50,130 nucleotides of DNA, from the NCBI GenBank assembly GCA_037442705.1, contig JBBIPT010000001.1, forward strand, positions 1 through 50,130, in the 5' to 3' direction. A program made the translations under genes and the position numbers. Shown here one piece after another: positions 47,219-50,130 of the stretch. The notes beneath the pieces were generated by a model. The model saw only the letters and a program-made list of their open reading frames with translations, was not told the origin of the DNA and did no database searches. The stretch comes from Anaeromyxobacter sp. (GTDB taxonomy: Bacteria > Myxococcota > Myxococcia > Myxococcales > Anaeromyxobacteraceae). Each line of letters starts with the position of its first letter. The stretch's first letter is position 1.

Positions 47219-47240
47219 GGGCCCTGCCTTTACCCCGGCG

Positions 47241-47492
47241 GTGGCCGAGCCGGCGGCCCGGCCGCCTCTTACCGGGTGGTGGCGCGATCCGGCGAACCCC
47301 AGCCGGTCGGACCCCTACCTCGCGGAGTGGGACCGCCTCATGGAGCGCGGCATGGACGAGGCGCTCGCGGCCGCGGTCGAGGACTCGGAGCGCGCGGCGG
47401 CGCTGCGGGCCTGCTCGCCCTTCGCCGGCATCCTCTCACCGGGCGAGCGGTTCGCCTTCCTGAAGGAGTGGAGCGCGTCCCATGCGGCGTGA
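47241..47492 (+). pseudogene. Probably 5'-truncated partner (putative antitoxin) of the nucleotidyltransferase
   Basis: PYLAEW...LR..SPFAGIL...ER pattern. Overlaps the next gene by 11 nt. Start is uncertain. Confidence 0.5.
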
Positions 47493-47953
47493 GGAGCTCG
47501 AGCACGTCATCCGGGCGGCGGCCGCCGTCGCCGGGGAGTCCGAGATCGTGGTCATCGGAGCCGCCGCGCTCCTCGGCACCGTGCCTTCACCGCGACGGCG
47601 CCATCGGCGAGCTCTCCCCGTTCCACGAGACCTTCCGGTACTACGCGCACGGAGTCGGCCCGGAGGCCGCCGTGCTCCCGGAGGGGTGGCAGGAGCGGCT
47701 CGTCAGGATCCAGAACGAGGGCACGCGGCAGTACGTCGGCTACTGCCTGGATCCGGTCGACCTCGCGGCGTCGAAGCTCGCCGCGGGGCGCGAGAAGGAC
47801 AGGGCCTTCGTCGAGGGGCTTCTCGAGCACCGGATCGTCGACGGAGAGCGGCTGGCCGAGCACATCGCGCTCCTCCCGATCGACGTCGAACGACGCGGCC
47901 TCCTCGCCCGGCAGGTCGAGGCGTGGGTCCGGGCGCGTGGGCCGGCCCGCTAG
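47482..47953 (+). pseudogene. DUF6036-like nucleotidyltransferase, frameshifted
   Basis: MRREELEHVIRAA...IVVIG in one frame. DGAIGELSPFHETF...LPEGW...SKLAAGREKD in another frame from 47594. Confidence 0.78.
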
Positions 47954-47962
47954 GACCACGAA

Positions 47963-47990
47963 GCCCCGCGAACTTCGCAGTCCGCGGGGC
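47963..47990. terminator. Stem-loop homologous to the tRNA-Phe downstream hairpin
   Basis: GCCCCGCG-AACTTCGCAGTC-CGCGGGGC. Confidence 0.55.
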
Positions 47991-48010
47991 CTCTGGATGT
48001 CCGAGCGAGA

Positions 48011-48035
48011 TGGTTCGATTCCGGCCCCAGGCACT
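48011..48035 (+). repeat. 25-nt exact copy of the tRNA-Phe 3' end, inverted relative to the gene
   Basis: TGGTTCGATTCCGGCCCCAGGCACT is the reverse complement of 49460-49484. Confidence 0.92.
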
Positions 48036-48251
48036 GTCGAGACGAGGCTACCGGCGCTGCGCACGTTCTTCGGCGCGAACCCGGTGCTCAAGAACGCGGA
48101 CTACCGGCGCCTCTTCAGTGTGGAGTCCCGCTCGGGGGCGAGCCGCGAGCTCGGTCGCCTCGTGAGGCAAGGATTCCTCCTCGCGGAGGGGGAGCGGCGC
48201 GGGGCTCGTTACCGGGCCGGGCCCCGGCTCGGCGCTGCGGCCAAGGAATGA
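48036..48251 (+). pseudogene. C-terminal winged-HTH-like gene fragment
   Basis: LKNADYRRL...ASRELGRLV..G.L...GERRGARY. Begins abruptly at the tRNA fragment. Confidence 0.5.
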
Positions 48252-48435
48252 TCGATATGAACCCGATATGTGCGCGCATAGGTGGGCCGGCGCGCGCATG
48301 GAGCCGCCCGTTGCAGAGTACGCCTCGGACGTCTCCTTCAGAGCGTCGCACGGGTGGCTTCGCCGATGCGGCCCGCGATCCGCTGGCGGACCTGCGCCAG
48401 GTCTTCCGCCGGAACGTGCTACGGTCTCGTGGCGT

Positions 48436-49278
48436 ATGGGCCCGAGGGCGCTCCGCCATCTTCGCGCTCGCTGGGCCCTCGTTCGGCCCCGGTTCGCGGC
48501 GGACCGGCTCGTCCCCCTCGAGGCGCTCCCCGTGGAAGTCCGCGAAGCGATCGCGTCTCCCCGGACGCTCCTAGAGCCGTACTCCGAGTTGGCGAAGGTG
48601 TGGCACGAGCGCGGCAAGCGTCTGGCCGGAGACTACGGCGCCTACGCGCGCTTTCTCATCCAGGAGCGCGCGATCGAGCCGCGCCGCGCGCTCGACCTGG
48701 CCTGTGGCACGGGCGTCACCACCGAAGCGCTCGCGGCGCTCTTCGGGGAGGTCACCGGTCTCGACCTGAGCCCCCACATGATTCTCCAGGCGCGCGCCTG
48801 CCTCGGTCGTCTCTCGAACGTCGAGATCGTCGAGGGCGACTTCCGGGCGTTCACGTTCGACCGGACCTTCGACCTCGTGACCTGCTCCGGCGACTCGTTG
48901 AACTACGCGCAGACGCCGGACCAGCTCCTGCAGTCCTTTCTCTGCGTCGCGGACGTTCTCTCGCCTTCCGGCGTCTTCGTCTTCGACCTGCAACCGCAGC
49001 ACCTCCCCTTCCTCGATCGCGTGGCCGTTCGACACGACGACGGACGCGCCGGCTTCTACCAGGTCCACGCCTACGACCGTTCGACGCGAGTCGACACCTC
49101 CCACGTGATCTGGCCGTTCGGAGTCGAGACGCATCGCAGGAGGATCTTCACCGCCCCGGAGGTGGCCGGTGCCGCAGAACGCGCGCAGCTGGTGCGCGCC
49201 GATCGGCTCGATGGCTGGCTTCTGCGCTTCTTGTCGGTGAGAGGGCCGCGAAGGTTCTGGGCCTTCAGGCGCGGCTAG
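48436..49278 (+). CDS. Class I SAM-dependent methyltransferase
   Basis: LDLACGTG, GLDLS..M, GDFR, FDLV and DSLNY motifs. Atypical codon usage. Start is uncertain. Confidence 0.85.
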   Translation: MGPRALRHLRARWALVRPRFAADRLVPLEALPVEVREAIASPRTLLEPYSELAKVWHERGKRLAGDYGAYARFLIQERAIEPRRALDLACGTGVTTEALAALFGEVTGLDLSPHMILQARACLGRLSNVEIVEGDFRAFTFDRTFDLVTCSGDSLNYAQTPDQLLQSFLCVADVLSPSGVFVFDLQPQHLPFLDRVAVRHDDGRAGFYQVHAYDRSTRVDTSHVIWPFGVETHRRRIFTAPEVAGAAERAQLVRADRLDGWLLRFLSVRGPRRFWAFRRG

Positions 49279-49407
49279 CTCCACGTGTCGTACGTCGAGG
49301 CCGTGGAGCGGGAGCAGCCGAGCGCCCTCGGGACCCCGGATTCGAGCAGATCGGTCGGACGGCCGGATCGCCGGCCCCCGCGGCCGCTCCCGCGCCGGAA
49401 AATGCTG

Positions 49408-49439
49408 AGGCCCAGGGGACTTCGCAGTCCACTGGGCCT
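49408..49439 (-). terminator. Stem-loop downstream of tRNA-Phe
   Basis: AGGCCCAG-GGGAC-TTCGCA-GTCCA-CTGGGCCT. Confidence 0.6.
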
Positions 49440-49461
49440 TCGGATGCCGGACGTGATGGAG

Positions 49462-49534
49462 TGCCTGGGGCCGGAATCGAACCAGCGACACGGGGATTTT
49501 CAGTCCCCTGCTCTACCGACTGAGCTACCCAGGC
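49462..49534 (-). tRNA. tRNA-Phe(GAA)
   Basis: GCCTGGG acceptor stem, AGCTCAGTCGGTAGAGC D-arm, GGGGA-CTGAAAA-TCCCC anticodon arm and GGTTCGATTCC T-arm. CCA is not directly encoded. Confidence 0.97.
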
Positions 49535-49631
49535 GTTTCCCCAGCGGCCTTCGAGGGCCCGCGAGGGGTGGCTGTTTTACGATCGCCCAGGGCCGAACGC
49601 AACCGGGATCCGGGTGGTTGCGGGTCCACGA

Positions 49632-49668
49632 CCCCGCCCGCCCTTCGACGAGCTCAGGGCGAACGGGG
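49632..49668 (+). repeat. Hairpin repeat type A
   Basis: CCCCGCCCGCCC-TTCGACGAGCTCA-GGGCGAACGGGG. Confidence 0.85.
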
Positions 49669-49722
49669 CCCTGGAACCCACGGAGAGCGCTCGTCGAGAA
49701 CTCGGGCGGAACGACGGGGACC

Positions 49723-50028
49723 CTACACCTTCGGGATCGCCTTCAGGACCGCCTTCCCGTCCTTCACCTCCACCTTGAACTCGACCGACTTCGCCTTGTA
49801 CCGGGTCATGAGCTCGGGGATCTGCTTCGACACGCTCTTCGCGACGGCGTCGAAGGTGAGCCGGGAGGTGTCCTCGCGGCAGCTCTTCTTCGCCGCGATG
49901 TAGGAGTCGTAGAGCGACTTCATCTGCGCGTCGCTCATCCCGCCGGGCGAGGCCGGGGGCCTCGCGGCGGGCGGCGCCGCCCTCGGCGCAGCGGGCCCTG
50001 CGGGCTTCCCCGCCACGGGCGCGGCCGA
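49723..50028 (-). CDS. 5'-partial protein with an MXAN_5187-like C-terminal domain
   Basis: LYDSYIAAKKSC.E...L.FD.V...VEFKVEVKDGKAVLKA after a Pro/Ala linker. Confidence 0.75.
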   Translation of the reverse strand, partial: SAAPVAGKPAGPAAPRAAPPAARPPASPGGMSDAQMKSLYDSYIAAKKSCREDTSRLTFDAVAKSVSKQIPELMTRYKAKSVEFKVEVKDGKAVLKAIPKV

Positions 50029-50130
50029 GTGGGCGGCGCTCGTGGGCGTGGAGCCGGGCGAGCTGGCGCTCGAGTGGAAGACCTTCGCCGACTACATGGA
50101 GCGGCTCGAGGCGGCACGACCCGCGGCCAA

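Noticed and set aside
47960-48040. A second tRNA gene on the plus strand
   Set aside because: Only the T-loop and 3' acceptor strand are present, with no D-arm or anticodon arm.
1652-49668. Hairpin repeats as simple intrinsic terminators
   Set aside because: Mostly no U-tracts, both orientations, found inside operons and upstream of genes, and terminators do not need a fixed loop.

Overview
Very GC-rich bacterial DNA whose gene content suggests an Anaeromyxobacter-like member of the Myxococcota (an inference from family resemblance, not a search result). About 45 intact genes are recognisable. The left part is housekeeping and envelope genes: thiolase, tatBC, EVE, MCP, PBP1A, an RluA-family synthase, MBL hydrolases, PilZ, mltA, a DMT transporter, etfAB and a DUF3015-DUF4105 pair. 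The middle is an acid/amino-acid catabolism block: buk-ptb, a broken iorA, paaK-ACT-paaK, a porin, two Liv-type ABC systems, a PAS sigma54 activator with a clear -24/-12 promoter, and 3-hydroxybutyrate dehydrogenase. The right end is a decaying accessory tail next to tRNA-Phe. The strongest unexplained signal is non-coding: about 30 copies, in 15 clusters, of a 33-nt hairpin repeat with a near-invariant asymmetric core TCGACAGGCTC and at least three compensatorily varying stems. The copies form head-on doublets with fixed 45-nt geometry, a 51-nt tandem array and nested forms, and no cognate transposase or nuclease is present in the window. Other oddities are several genes hollowed out by internal deletion (TerC, iorA, DUF6036), a perfect 25-nt copy of the tRNA-Phe 3' end in inverted orientation, and about 100 nt at each window end that look like unrelated genes. 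Family names come from motif recognition only; no searches were run.
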